A stretch of DNA of 64,000 nucleotides from the NCBI GenBank assembly GCA_013239625.1, contig MU053933.1:436001-500000 (forward strand), given 5' to 3'. The stretch comes from Lama guanicoe. Its lineage: Eukaryota. Below, piece after piece: positions 1 to 12,740 of this stretch (position 1 is the stretch's first letter; every line of letters starts with the position of its first letter). The position numbers and the translations under genes were made by a program. The notes below the pieces were generated by a model, which was not told the origin of the DNA, searched no databases, and saw only the letters and a program-made list of their open reading frames with translations.

Positions 1-50
1 AAAAAGCAACTAGTTCTCTTGAACTGCTCTTGGGTTAAAGGGAAGATTTC

Positions 51-72
51 ATATATATATATATATATATAT
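51..72. repeat. (AT)11 microsatellite
   Basis: Direct reading. Confidence 0.95.
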
Positions 73-1726
73 TTCTCTTCCATCACCATAGTAATCTGTC
101 AAAATCAGGAGACTTAACATAGCTACATCCTAGTCTCTAATCTACCATCCATATTCAAACATAATTCCCCCTTTCTAAGTTAAAAAACGTCGATCTGGTT
201 AACATTTAGCATGACCATTCGGTTACCACTTCACCATCGGTACATTAGAGCAAATCAAAACGATGGCGGTAGCCCCGGGAACAGGGTGGCGCAAAGTGGA
301 GCGGTGCCCCCGCCGCCTCTTTCTGGTGGGTCAGAGCTGCTGGTCGGTTGGCCCTTCGTCATCGTCCTCACAAGCTCCTTCCCCGGGACGAATAAGGGAG
401 GCTTTCTCTGCCTGTTTCTGTTCCCTTGAAAAGGGCCTGGAAGGCTTGAAAAACGTTCAAATAATTACTTGTCCAGAGGTGACTTCTTTTGGGGAACTGA
501 GGGACATTTCTTCGGGGCGAGGTATAGCTGCTGATGAAGAGGGAGAATAAAGAAGCCCTGCAAATGGGCTGACCCTCTTCATAGTTTGTAAAATACAGAC
601 GCCCTTTACAGCTACTTTTTTCTGGTCCAGGATCCTCTCCAGAATCACATGGCACATTAGTTGTCGTGATCATGATGATATTGAGGGGAAATACTATCTT
701 CATTTTCTTTAGTAAAGCATAAAACTAGAGTGAATGGCATAAACGTTGCTTTTATTTAAAGACTCAGAACCCACAGATCCTGTCCATCAATCAGCACACA
801 AAATCTGTAACGACGCCCTGGGCAGACCTCACGGGGCTGACGCCAGGCAGCGGGGGGCGAAGGCCTGGCTTCAGGTTTCAGGCTGTGGAGCCCAGTCGGC
901 CGTCCTGCCCCGGGCCGTCCTGAGCCTGTTCTTCAGACGGCAGTGCCTGGTTCTCCACTCCTGAATCTGGTTTCAGACACTGCTCTTGTGTTAAAAGGCA
1001 GGTTTCTTGGCCGTGCTCTTCGATCATGAATTTAACTACAAGTTTTGCCCTAGCTGTGACGGAATGAAGGCTTCCCAGCCAAATCAAAGCCGTGAGTCAC
1101 CAGGGTTCAACTGGATCAGCCCGTCTTTCCATAATGGAATAACAGTTCTTTGTCCAGAGTGATGTGGGTCCCTCTCAACCTCCATGCCCTTTTGTGGAGA
1201 GGCGTTACCTCCGAGGGCCTGTGTGGTGCAGGTAAGGGGCAAGAGAGGCGATGAGGAGGGGGCTGGTGGCCACACTCTTCAGGCTCCAAGCTGGGGCGCA
1301 ATTTGGACCAGAGCCTCTAACTGACCTCGGCCTGGGACCGCCTGCATCCCAGCGTCCAGCAGGTGAGACTAGGAAGAACCACAGACAAAATGAAGGGATG
1401 TTTTTAGCCTGCCTTTCATCTAAAAAAAAATCTTTTTAAACATATTAAACGTTTTGCCCAACAGCAAAATGTCCAGGAAGCTTTCTGGGTGGACAGAGGA
1501 TACTTAAAGGGCAGCTAAACCTGGCTTGGGTAACATTCTTGGTTTTTCGACCCAGGTGTTGAGGTTGTTTTGCCTCCCTAAATGTGCTTTCATTGTGGCG
1601 CAGAAACAAGCGTTTCTATAACACCTGCTCTCCCTTGCGGGTGGAGGATGGGGCTCACAGTGTGTGGGAAGTTTGTCCAGGGTGACCCAGCTGGTGAGGG
1701 GCAGAGCCAGGCTGTTTAGAGATACC

Positions 1727-1815
1727 TCAGAGGCACCAGTTCAGAGGTGAGTGCTTTTGAGGTCACTATGTCAGAGGTCATCATCCCAGAGGTCACCAGC
1801 TCGGAGGTAACCCTG
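1727..1815. repeat. Degenerate ~15-bp tandem repeat, six units, core (t/c)cagaggtca
   Basis: Units start at 1727, 1741, 1756, 1771, 1786 and 1801. Confidence 0.8.
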
Positions 1816-2357
1816 GCACGACCCAGAGTTACCCGGCAGGTGATCCGGGCAGCGAGGAGCGGAGCACAGCCCCTGCACTCGGAGAGCCCGTCCCCGCCCT
1901 GATCTTCCAGGCGCGTGCTGCTCCTTTGATGATTAACTGCTGACAGATTTCGAAGGACACTCCCCGGAATCTACTATTCTGTAAAAGGCACCCGATTCCC
2001 TGGTGAGACAGGAAGAGGGTGTGGAATCAGGTGACCTGAGTTTAACTCCCCATCTTCTGTCGGGAGACGAGTGCAGGAACACATTTCCTATCCTCTCAGA
2101 CGGTCATTTCCAGGAATCCACGAGGTCACATGCATGAGAGCTGCAGTCCCGCTGCCTGGATCTCAACAACACACTCAATACACACTGGAGACCTGGCCAG
2201 GCTCCTCCGCACCTTGCCACGGATCAAGGGTGCGGACTTCCCAGGAGAAGCTTTTTAAAATTCTAAACATTTTATTCTGAACATTTTCAGACGTACGGAA
2301 AGGTTGTAACAAATCGTAAAGGTGAAAATCCCACATTCTACAATCAACTCTGGCTCC

Positions 2358-2550
2358 ACTACTGTGTATAAAACGGGTAAACAACAAGGTCCTACTGCAC
2401 AGCACAGGGCGCTATAGTCGGTATCTGTAATAACCTGGGATGGAAAAGACTCTGAAAGAGAACACATATATATGCATGACTGAGTCACCTTGCTGTGCAC
2501 CTGAAATGAATACAACGTTGTAAATCAGCTATGCTTCAATTTAAAAAAAA
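2358..2550 (+). mobile_element. L1 3' end, cetartiodactyl type
   Basis: aacaacaaggtcctactgcacagcacaggg...tgtaaatcagctatgcttcaatt followed by an A-tail; boundaries approximate. Confidence 0.8.
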
Positions 2551-2759
2551 GGAAGAGGAAAAATGTAAAAAAAACCCACCACTCGCTGCTCCCGCCTTCT
2601 CCCAGGTGCGCCGCCCTTCACCCTCCATCCTGCAGCCTGTGCTGTCTTGCTTTAATGCAGAGCGACTTGCAGAGTTCAGACATTTCACCCTAAATCTCGG
2701 TTCCCTGCGGGCGACATTAGACTCCAACACTTGTTTACAGGGGTTTTTTTTGTTTTGTT

Positions 2760-3430
2760 TTTGAAGTAAAATTTAGAAACATTGAAATGCACAAATTTTA
2801 CCTGTACATCCACTGAATTTTGATGAATGCGTAAACCTCCCTCAAGGCCTGGAACACCTCCCGTACTCCAGAACGTTCCCTGATGCTCCCCGCTAGGCAG
2901 TCCCCATGCTCACCCATCAGAAGCAACCACTGCTCAGGCGTTTCCCCCCGGGGCCATGTCTAGCTTGTGCCAGAACCATGTGAAAATGGCATCATCACAT
3001 GTGAAGTCAGTTGTACCTGGTTCCTTCCACCCAGCACGGGGCTTCGGCGATGCGCCTGTGTTGTTTGTGATTCATCAAAAGCTCATTCCTCCGTAGGGCT
3101 GAGCGGCGCCCCACTGTACGAACGCACTACAGTGTGCTCGTCCGCCCCCTTGTTAGTAAACCCGGGGGTGGTTTCCAGTGCGTGGCTATTAGGAATTCAG
3201 CTGCCGTGAACATACAAGAACACATTTCCGTGTGGTGTTTTGGTTTTTCATGTATCTTGGGTAAGTGTCTCAGATGGAATTGCTGGGTTTAGGGTAGGAG
3301 TGTGTTTAATTTTATAACAAACTTCCAGTCCTTTTCCTTCCACCAGCCACACGTGTTTGTGAGCTCCAGTCCCTTCACATCCTTGTCAGTGTTTTGTGTT
3401 ATCTTTTGAAACATGAGCCGCTCCAGCGGG
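2760..3430 (-). mobile_element. Old L1M 3' fragment
   Basis: Degraded L1M-like motifs (cagaagcaaccactg, ggtttccagtgcgtggctatt, ggaattgctggg); boundaries approximate. Confidence 0.65.
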
Positions 3431-6335
3431 CAACTTCAATAAACTGTAACCTTTCAAAAACCCCAATGTCATATTCTGTTTGGTTTCCATCCACCTTTGA
3501 AGGCCCGTTAAATTTTATGCAGATCAACAGATCGGGAGCCAATTCTCCAAAATAGCAAAGAATCTAAAATTTGTCTTTTCTGCGGCCGAGCCCCCCAGCT
3601 GGCACCGCTCTGCCATTAGGCATTGGGTGGCTGGGGTCGGCTTGTCACCTCTCCCAGGGTCTCCGGGAATGGGTCAGGGCCCACGTGTCACATCGCCATG
3701 TGAATGAGCCTGTCTTTCACTTACTTCTCTCAGGAGGGGGCCGCCAGCGCTCTGGGCAGCATGGTGTCAGCTCTCCTTTTCCTTAGAAGGACACTGAGGC
3801 CTGGGTGGCCGGGCCGCCGGGCGGCCCCGGGAAGCTTGGCCCAAGCTGACTCCGCAGCCTGCACCCCCCGCCCGGCTCCGTGCCCTCTACGGGCTGTTCC
3901 CCCTCTTAGTCCCCCGCCTTGGGGCCCCCAGGGGCTGGTGCTTTTATGGAGACGGCTGTCTCTACGTCTCACTCAGCCCTCAAAAACACTCTAGGCAGAG
4001 TGATAGCCTCCTTCAGAAGGTGTCAGGGAGGTGCCAGTCTTGCCCCTGGCACGTGATGTCCGGGTGCAGCACTCATGCGGCTGGCGGGCGCAGGATCCTC
4101 TACACCTGCCCAGGGGGGAGCTCTCTGGGTTCACTCTGGCCCCCGCGGGCCCCCGGCCCCGTCACATTCTTTGTAGCTCTGGCCTGAATGCAATGGGGCT
4201 GTGGGGACAGAGTCTGTGAGTATCTCAACCCAGACAGGGCCATTCCCAGCAAGAGTGAAGGCCTGTGATGCCCCCAGCATGACCCCTTTCCCCAGCCCAG
4301 AGCGGAGCCCCCCTTCCCGAAAGCCAGGGTGGCCCAGAGGCCGTCTCTGGCCGCTGAGTGCTCTTCGGTGACCCGTGTTCAGTCAGGGATTCTGTTGCTG
4401 TTCTCTTTCCCTGAAGCTTCCTCCCACTTGGTGGACAAACCCACTTCTCCCTTCAGGGACTTTCCTGTGAACCAGTGTCCAACACTGCTGCCCCGAGCAA
4501 GGGCTCAGCCTGTCCCAGCAGCCCCGGGCCCGCCCACAATGCTCCAGCTCACAGGACCCTACCTGGGCCTTCGGTCTGCTTGAATACTTTCAGGGTCGGG
4601 GAGCTCATCACCGAACCCAGCAGCCGTCTGCCCAGCTCCAGCTATGAGAGACCTCTTCCTGAACTGAGCCAAAACCCGCCTGGAGACAACCTCCAGCCAC
4701 CATCCCTTGTTCCAATTTTTGGCTTTCTTTCCGAACAAGTATGTGCTTCTTCTCCACGGCATGTTCAGACACTTGACACGCCTGCCTCTGGTCTTCTCCG
4801 GGGGAACTATTCCCACAGGTGGACACCACACCTTTCCTGCCCACACCCCCCCCCAGCGAGTCCATGTTCCACCAATATTTTCTCCTCCTGCATAGATGTC
4901 AGTCAGTTAGCAGTGGGGCCCCACGGACCCCGGAGGATGTGGATTCTGCTGGTGTTAGCCCGAGGGGAAGACAGGCCAGGAGTGGGCAGCCCGGGTGAAG
5001 TGAGAACAGTGTGACATGCTGGGGGTGGGGCAGCCTTGCCATGGCCTCGCTCCACACCACGTGGGTGGAGTGAGTGGGGTGGGGCAGGTGGCGGTTGTGA
5101 GCCTGGGCTGGCAGGAGGCCTGAGAGCTCAGAACTGGGGGAGGACCCTGAGAAAGCTAGAGGGGGACCTCAGCGCCCGCCTCACAGCTTTGCCCTGGGCA
5201 TCCCGGAGCTGCCCTGGCACAGGGCAGAGCAATCTAGAACATACCTGGGGCAGGAAGTCTCCCTACTGGGGACCTTCTGAGTGGGGAACACTGGGCACAG
5301 GGCCCAGGAGGTCACCACAGGGAGAGAGGTGCCCTGGAGGGGCCCCGCCCCCTACCCTACCCCACCTTTCCTGAGCCTCTGGGGTTTCGGGCCACCAGGC
5401 GGGGGGCAGGTCTCCTTCTGGTTCCTCCTCACAGACAGAGATAAGGCCTGAGGGCAAAGTCACAGCCGTCTCTGCTGCAACTCTAAGCACGCCATGGCAA
5501 GTCCAAGGCCAGGGTCGGACTCACTGACTGAGGGCAGTGGGGGTGGCACTGGGGGGACAGAGCCAGCACCAGGAAGGTGGCCCTGACCCGAGGGCCACGG
5601 CCGTCTCTCTGGGTTATCCCCTTCTCCCTCCTTCCCTCCCATCCTTTCTTCTTTCTTTCCTTCCATTCTTCTAAGGACTATTTCCAAGAGGATAAACTGG
5701 GTGATCTAAAGGCCATTTTATTTCCGTTTTATAAAAGTTGAGAGAAGGAAAATCGAAAATATCGTGCACCACGGAGTTTCAGCTCTGGCAGGCCCCAGGG
5801 GGTGGGGCGGAATCCCTCAGGGGGACAGGTGGACACGAAGGTCCTGTGAGGTTGTGTTGCTGGTTTCAGCCCCTCCTGCTGTGCACGGCCGGACCTAGCC
5901 CAGCTGGTCCTGCCCCCTGGCCGCGCTGCCTTCCTCCAGGTGCTTAGAGACACAATGCCGCGCCTTCCTTGGGCTCGTAGGCCAGGGGAGAGGGGAGGCC
6001 TCGGCCTGGAAGCAGAGTGAGCTGATTTCAGAATTCCTCGCCCCATCCTCTGCTCCCACCACTGCTGGCCCAACAGCTTCCTCATCTCATTTTCTCAGAA
6101 TCATTTGGGAAGTCTCAAGGACAAGCCACTTAAACACATAGCAGTTCTCATGTCCAGAGGCATCATCTTCAGTGAGCAGACGTATCCCAGCAGGAGAATA
6201 ATTCCCCTCTTTGTGGGTCGCCTCTGCGTGAGCATTGCAACAGGCGACCGTATTAAGATGTCTGCAGACAAGAGCAAGCAAAGGCTCGGGGTGGGGCCCA
6301 CCTGGGTCCTGTGGGATCCTCTCTTCCCTTTCATT

Positions 6336-7378
6336 TGTAATTGTGTCCTGGGGCCGCAGCAACAAATTACTGACAATCTGGGGCTTCAGACAACAGAAAT
6401 TTGTTGTGCAAGGCAGAGGCCAGAGGTCTGAGATCAAGGGGCCTGCAGGGCCGCGCTCCTGGGGAGAATGCACCTCCTTCTTCCAGCTCCGGTGTGGCTG
6501 GCGTCCTTGGCGGTCCTCCGCCTGGAAAGGCATCACTCCGGTCTCCATGTCCTCTGTGTCCTCTTCTGCCTCTTAGAAGGACAGGCTCCCTGGGTACAGG
6601 GCCCACCCCGAGCCAGGCGACCTCACCCTCTGTCCTTACCTTCATTACACCTGCAGAGACCCGATTTCCGAAAGAGCTGTGGCCAGTGACGAGGTTCTTG
6701 TCTCATCGCAGAAAGAACTCAGAGATGAGACGTGGAGGTTAAGAAAGTAAAGTGTGGATTTATTAAGGGATGGACAGTACACTCTCAGGGGAGAGCGGGC
6801 AGGCTCAGGTGAGCGGCTGCCCTGAGTTTCTTTGGCAAGCTGGTCACACAGGGTGTAAAAATGAGTGGGCAGAATATTCACTGGGGAGGGAAGGGTTTGG
6901 GGTCAGATTCCCTGATTTTCGCCCCAGCTCCACCCTCCCGAGGGGAGGAGGGATTTTCGTCCTCATTTAGTCTGGATCGGGAGTGTCCTGGCACCTGTGC
7001 TTGACGGGTCCTTCTAACCTGCAAGGCTGATTTCACTGAAATGAGGGCATGAAGAGAAGGTTACATTTGGACACTGGAGGTTCCCGCCTTCTCCCACTGT
7101 TCTTTGTTATCCTCCAGGCCGCTTGTCACCCCAAAAGTCGTGACCACTTATCAGCACAGAGGTTCCTGTTGTTCTCTCTGCCCAGGGACCCCTGCTGTTT
7201 ACATGATGGAGGGCTTCCTGCATTCGGCCGGTGCCCCTCCTTTCTGTCCAATTCCTGCTCTTTGGCCCACGCCCCCCTTTCTCTGCTCACATCTAGCTGT
7301 CGGCCTGCCCTCGCAGAGTCACGTTCCAAGGCTCTGAGTGGACACAGACTTGGGGGGAGGGGACACTGCTCAGTCACC
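6336..7378 (-). mobile_element. MLT1 (MaLR) solo LTR split into 6336-6677 and 7316-7378 by a nested LTR
   Basis: MLT1 hallmarks (aacaaattac...aacagaaattt, aaggaca...gggcccaccc, ttacacctgcagagac) resume after the insert (gtcacgttcc...ggggacactgctcag). Confidence 0.8.
6678..7315 (-). mobile_element. ERV1-like solo LTR, 638 bp
   Basis: TG...CA termini, flanks GAGC/GAGT, minus-strand AATAAA (tttatt near 6759). Confidence 0.75.
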
Positions 7379-10239
7379 GGGTCACCACCCTCGGTTGTCG
7401 CCTTCTCCTTCTCGGTCCCCCTACTTGCTCCTCTCCTCTTCAAACGCTGTGAGATATTCACAGGAGATGGCTGCGCCCAAACGCTGCGTCTTTTATTTCT
7501 CCCTAACTCACTCAGCAGGACCCCTCAAAGTCGTGCAGGCGACACTGCAGTATCTGGGATGGAAAACTGTTCTCCACGGGCCACCAGTCAGAGAGACATT
7601 CCAGGCCGGTCTTTCCATTTGGACTTTCTCATCTGTCTGTCTTTTATTTACACAAGGCCCAAACCACCGAGCACCGCGTGGTAAACACTCATTCATTTAC
7701 TCTGTAAGTGCTGGGCTCGGAATTCCAGGCACCCCCTTCCCCGGAAGAGCCTCGGCCAAGTGCTGGGACACTGATGGACTTTCTTCACATACTCTGAGGT
7801 TTTTCTGAAAGGGTATGTTTTTCCTAACATCACTTCCAATGTATTTCTTAACAAAACACCTCCTAACCTTTGGAAAATAGAAAAGAAGTTACTCATCTGG
7901 AAGGAAGTTCCCAGTTTTAAGAACTCACTTCCAAGCCCTCCAGGATGACTGTGGTGGCCTGACGGTCCAGCCCCTCGGAAGGCGCCTCCCGCCTCAGGGT
8001 TGAGTGTCCAGCGGAGATTTCTGCATCACGTTGTGCGGCTGTTCCGGGTTCAAATCCTGGCCATGATTTTCCAGAGGGTCTTCTCTGTCTTGTGCAATAC
8101 CCAGTCTTTTCTTGGTCAGTGAGTTGTATAAAGGGGTCCAATTTAGAAGGAACCACTGCCCCATAAGAGTTTTAAATACATGATAATATTAAATTCAGAT
8201 TCATTTCTAAGACCAAGCACATTATTGAACATCAGTTCCTTATCTGGGAATGTCTTCCTCTCACTCTGGAGCTGCTGAAAAGTGCCTTTCCCCGTCTGTG
8301 AGCTCCATGGGAAAGGGACCCAGCCAGCCAGAGCCTCAATCACCAGAATGAGGCCTGTTCCCGACGGGCTGGGCCCCGGAGCCGTCTTGAGTACCCTGGG
8401 AGGCAGGGCTGTGGGTCTGTCCAGGAGGAGGCTGGGGGAAGCCGGCCTCGGGGACCTGTCTTGCATGCGCTCGTCTTGGTGGTCCCCTAATGTGCGTGCA
8501 GGCTGACCCAAGGCCATTCTAACAAGAATGTACGGAGCACCGCCTGCAGGAGGAGTGGGCTTAGCCACGGTCCCTCCTGCTGCGTTGCCAACTGTCCATC
8601 AGGGGAAGAGACATCAGGGATAAAGGGGCCAAAACGTCAGAGGGAGGAGAGAGGGCGGCGGGCCAGGAAACCACAGGAAGGATTGAGTATTTGAGCGGCT
8701 GCTGATTGGGCCAAAATTTGTTTCCTTCTTGGCCCGATCCTGACCTGGTGGCCCTGGTGTCCTTCCCGAGCACTCGCCTCTCAGGCCGGGCCCCTGTGGT
8801 GATGCCTGACCTTGGCCTTTGACCTTAGGCTGGCTTGGACCCTGGACCCAGTTCCTGCCACCCAGCTCTGCCTCTGTTTGTGCCCTGGTCCTGGGCTCTG
8901 CTCAGGGGCCCTCCCCGTCCCGTGACAGCCCTGGGCATTGCCCTCTATGGTCTGGAGCTTCTGGACCAGGGCCAGCCTTACCACCCCTGGGGGACCTCCT
9001 TGAGGCTGACCAGGTGACCCCTGCTCTGGCTCCCTGCCTGTGGCATCCGTGTGCCCGTGGTCCACGTGCTCCCAGCTGCCACAGTGTCACCTGCTTGTGC
9101 CAAACGTGACCAGCTACTAAGGCCCAGCAGGGCCCACTCAACCTGACCGCTGGTGGGGACAGCAACTCGCCAGCTCCCAGTGGGCCCACCTCCCTCGCTG
9201 CCTGCCTGTCTGTCCCCAGACCACCAGTAGCAACGGGTCTGCATGTCCAGCGGGTCCCACGTGTGGACATGGGCATTTCATAGCCCTTCCTGCACGAGGC
9301 CATCCCCTGGTCACTCCTGCAGTCCATCTTCATGAGGCGGGAGCAGGGACTCCAGGCTTAATGGAGCACCGGTCATGTGCCAGGGCCACCTCCGAGGTGA
9401 AATGTCCCTGTTTGCAGATGAGGGCACAGCCCGGGTGCTTTCCAACGCTGCTCAGAAAGCGAGCAGTGATGGAGGGACAGAGCCAGATCCATGAGACCCA
9501 AGGACCACAGTAGGTTTTCTCCTCTTCTTCCTGGGGGGCCATTGGGTCCCAGTAGCTCTGCATCCTGCCCCCTGGAGCGGAGTGCCTGTTTGCTCCCAGC
9601 TGAAGCCACCCTCTTGTAAGGGAAACTTAATCTCAGACACAGAGGCTGGGGGCGCAGAGGTGGGGCTCATGGGTGCCCCTGGTGGGGAGGATGGGGTGCG
9701 GATGGGGTGGATGGGGACCCAGCGCCTCTGGCAGGTACGCCAGCGCCAGTGTTTCCTCGTCACTGAGCTCCAGGTACTGCCTTCCAGGGCTTAACAGCGC
9801 TGTTATCTGACCCACATACCTCCTGCTGAAACTGCAGTCGGCCTCCTGTGACTCGGCCCTGAGTGACTCCGATGCCCCGACACATACCCTGTGGAGTCAG
9901 CCCCTTGTCCACAGGAGCGAGAAGTGACCTGGGGCCACGCTCCCCAGTGCTCCGCTTCAGCACCCACGTACAGAGAGGCACGGCCCCCGGGTGCCTCGCC
10001 GTCCTGGGCAGAAGAGTGGCTGGAAGGATGGCGGGCGGGCTGGGGCTGCGCCTGGTCTCTCTGAGCCCCCAGGCCCTTCCCCTCCTCCCGTCCCTTGGAG
10101 GAACCAAGCATTCGGTGTCCCAGGGCCTTTGCAGGCTGTGCCTCTCCCTCTGGGTCCTGGCTTTCATCCAAGGGCTGTATTGTCAGGACTTAGTTATGAG
10201 GCCAGTACGTTGGATGTCAGTCTTCTCCATCACACTCCA

Positions 10240-10586
10240 TGTTGGATTTCTAGGGCTGCCACAACAAAGCATCACAAACCGGGGGGCTAAAAACCACAGA
10301 AATGCATTCTCCTACAGCCCTGGGGCCAGAAGCCCCAAATGGAGGGGTGGGCAGGGCTGCACCCCGTACTGTGGTGGACTGCAGCTGTCGTCCCCCAACC
10401 CCCACCTCTGCCATGACACGACCTCTCTCTGTGTGTCTAACCCAGCTTCCCTTCTGGGAGAACACTGGGTGTATCGGATTCAGGGTCCGCCCTAAACGAG
10501 GATAACCCTGTTGTAACTAAATCGCACCTGCCAAGACTGGATAGGGCCTGAACACATCTTTTTGGAGACACGATTTAACCCACAGC
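10240..10586 (-). mobile_element. MLT1 solo LTR
   Basis: ttctagggctgccacaacaaagcatcacaaaccgggg...gacacgatttaacccaca. Confidence 0.75.
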
Positions 10587-11235
10587 CGACCTGAGGGCTT
10601 TCTGGGTCGGGGTTAGCCTTGCCCACGGCCGAGTCCCAAGGGGGCCCCGAGGGCAGGTGGGGACATCTGTGGGCTGAATGAATGGACAGGCAGGGCAGTG
10701 ACTGCCAGCAGCTTGTGGATGAGAGGACGGACATCCCAGTGGAGCCTGATCTGGGTGGGCGAGCTCTCTTCCTCTCCTTCCTTCTCCCTTGGGGTCTTCT
10801 CTGTACCAAGGTCGCCCCCTCCCCACTCCAACTATCCCCCTTCCTGTTTTCTGCCCCTCTTTGAGGCTGTTTCTCGAGTCGGGGCTGGACGTGCCCGTGA
10901 GAGCAGGGCCTGTGACAGTGCTTCCTCCTGGGCTCTGTGCTTGTCCCCTGTGTCTTCCTGTGTCTCCCTTGGAACAGCTGGCACTGACAGCTCCTGGATG
11001 TGATGCTGACCTGGCTCACTCCCTTGGAGGCCAGGCAGCCCCTCTGTGCCCTGTTGTTCCCACCTAGGGCCCGGAGAGGCCGGCTCGGGCAGTGATCTCG
11101 GGTACTTTCTTCTCCCCCCGGGTGGCTCTGAGCACTTCTCTGACCTTGACTCCGTGTCAAGGAAACAAACAAGACCCCTCGTGCAAGGTGGCTACTGTCA
11201 CCAACGTCTTGGCGAGCTTCTCGGATTCATGATGA

Positions 11236-11602
11236 CACGTAGTCGGCTGGGGCTGCCATACCAAATGCCACAGACCAGAGGACTTAAACAACGGACGTTT
11301 GCTTTCTCACGGTTCTGGAGGCTGGGCATCCACCATTAAGGTCCAGCAAGACTGGTGTCCTGTGAGGAGCCTTCTTAGCTTGCAGACGGCTACCTTCTGG
11401 CTGTGTCCTCTGGTGGCAGAGGGAGTGAGGACAAGAGAGAGCAGGCTATGGTGTCTCCTGTGACAAGGGCACTAATCCCACCCGATTAGGGCCCCACCCC
11501 AAGACCTCGTTAAACCTTAATTACTTCCTTGCTCCAGTACAGCCACCCTCCTTAGGGCTTCAACCTAAGAATCATGAGGGGACAAACAGTCAGTTCACAA
11601 CA
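11236..11602 (-). mobile_element. MLT1A-like solo LTR
   Basis: ggggctgccatacc...ttctcacggttctggaggctggg...aagggcactaatccc...cagttcacaaca. Confidence 0.8.
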
Positions 11603-12517
11603 TACACACCTCCTCATCCCTAGTGAAACAGAAAAAGAAACACCACTGTGTGCTGCTGGCTGAGGCCCTGAGGGGCAGACGGACAGAGAGGGCAGAGTCT
11701 GGGTGGGGGCCCTGGACCCCTGGACGCCTGGATGCTGGGCGCTGGGTGCCCTGACACCTTCCGCACCAGCCCCGCTCAGGCGGCTGTGCTGAACTGCAGG
11801 GCCTCCCAGCCAAGATAAAAGCCTCAGGACGAGGACAGCTGTCTCTGAAAGCGCACACCCTCGGCAGCACGAGAGACAGAACGTGAGAGAATTTCCAAGG
11901 GAAAGGGAGGGAAAGTGTGCGAAGAAGCCGGGCAGGGTCGCGCGGGGCTGTGCAAGGCCGGGCAGGGCCAGAGCCGAGTGCGGGACGCTAGCGAGTCCCC
12001 CTGCGGGACAATCGCCCAGATGTGGCTGAGACAATGTGGCCAAGCCCCCAGCACAGCTCCCTCGCACCAGGGGAGGGGAGAGGTGCTTTCCTAGTGGGAT
12101 GAAAGCGTTACAGTTCAGATCGAAGGGCGGGACCGTCCTAGGCACGGTGGTGGGTGGGGACAGCGAGAGAAGTGCACTGGGCCATCCACGGGGGATGCCC
12201 GGGATGGGACTACCAGTCACCTCAGGAGACATTTCCCCAAGGCTGACCTTGGGCCCTGCAAACCCCCAAGCCTGGGAGGCCTGCAGCTTGGCCGTGTTCC
12301 TTTAGATTGATGACCCGAAAGGACGAGTGTACATGTCACCTACAGGTGTCACGTGTATTGAGGGTCTCTCATTGTTCACCTCCCACAGCCTCTATGGGGT
12401 CTGGGGTGGGGCTTGTTGGGGGCAGAGGGAGGAGGTGGGCAGAGGGCAGGGGTGGTGGGAAGGGCCAGCGGGGGTCCAGTGAAAACTGAATGAGCCTCCA
12501 CTTCTGACCGATGGGGT

Positions 12518-12740
12518 GTGTGAGTGTCCTGGGGGGCCATGACTCAGTCCCACAGACGGGGCGCCTTAAAACACCTGAAACCGTTCTCTCACAGTCCTGG
12601 AGGCCAAATGTCTGAACCCAGAGGCAGCAGTGCTGGTTCCTTCTGGATAACCAGATGGGTCTCCTTCGCCTCTTCTAGTTTCTGGTGTGGCCGCCAACCC
12701 TTGTCGGCACATCGCTCCCGTCTCAGCCTTCATGGGGCTT
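12518..12740 (-). mobile_element. MLT1 fragment
   Basis: ttctctcacagtcctggaggccaaatgtctgaa...ctcttctagtttctggtg. Confidence 0.65.

Noticed and set aside
1727..1815. CRISPR-like reading of the periodic repeat
   Set aside because: The 15-bp period is far too short, there are no cas genes, and the context is mammalian.
9956..9973. REST/NRSE-like TTCAGCACC-CAC-GTACAG
   Set aside because: The spacer is 3 nt rather than 2 and the right half-site is mismatched.
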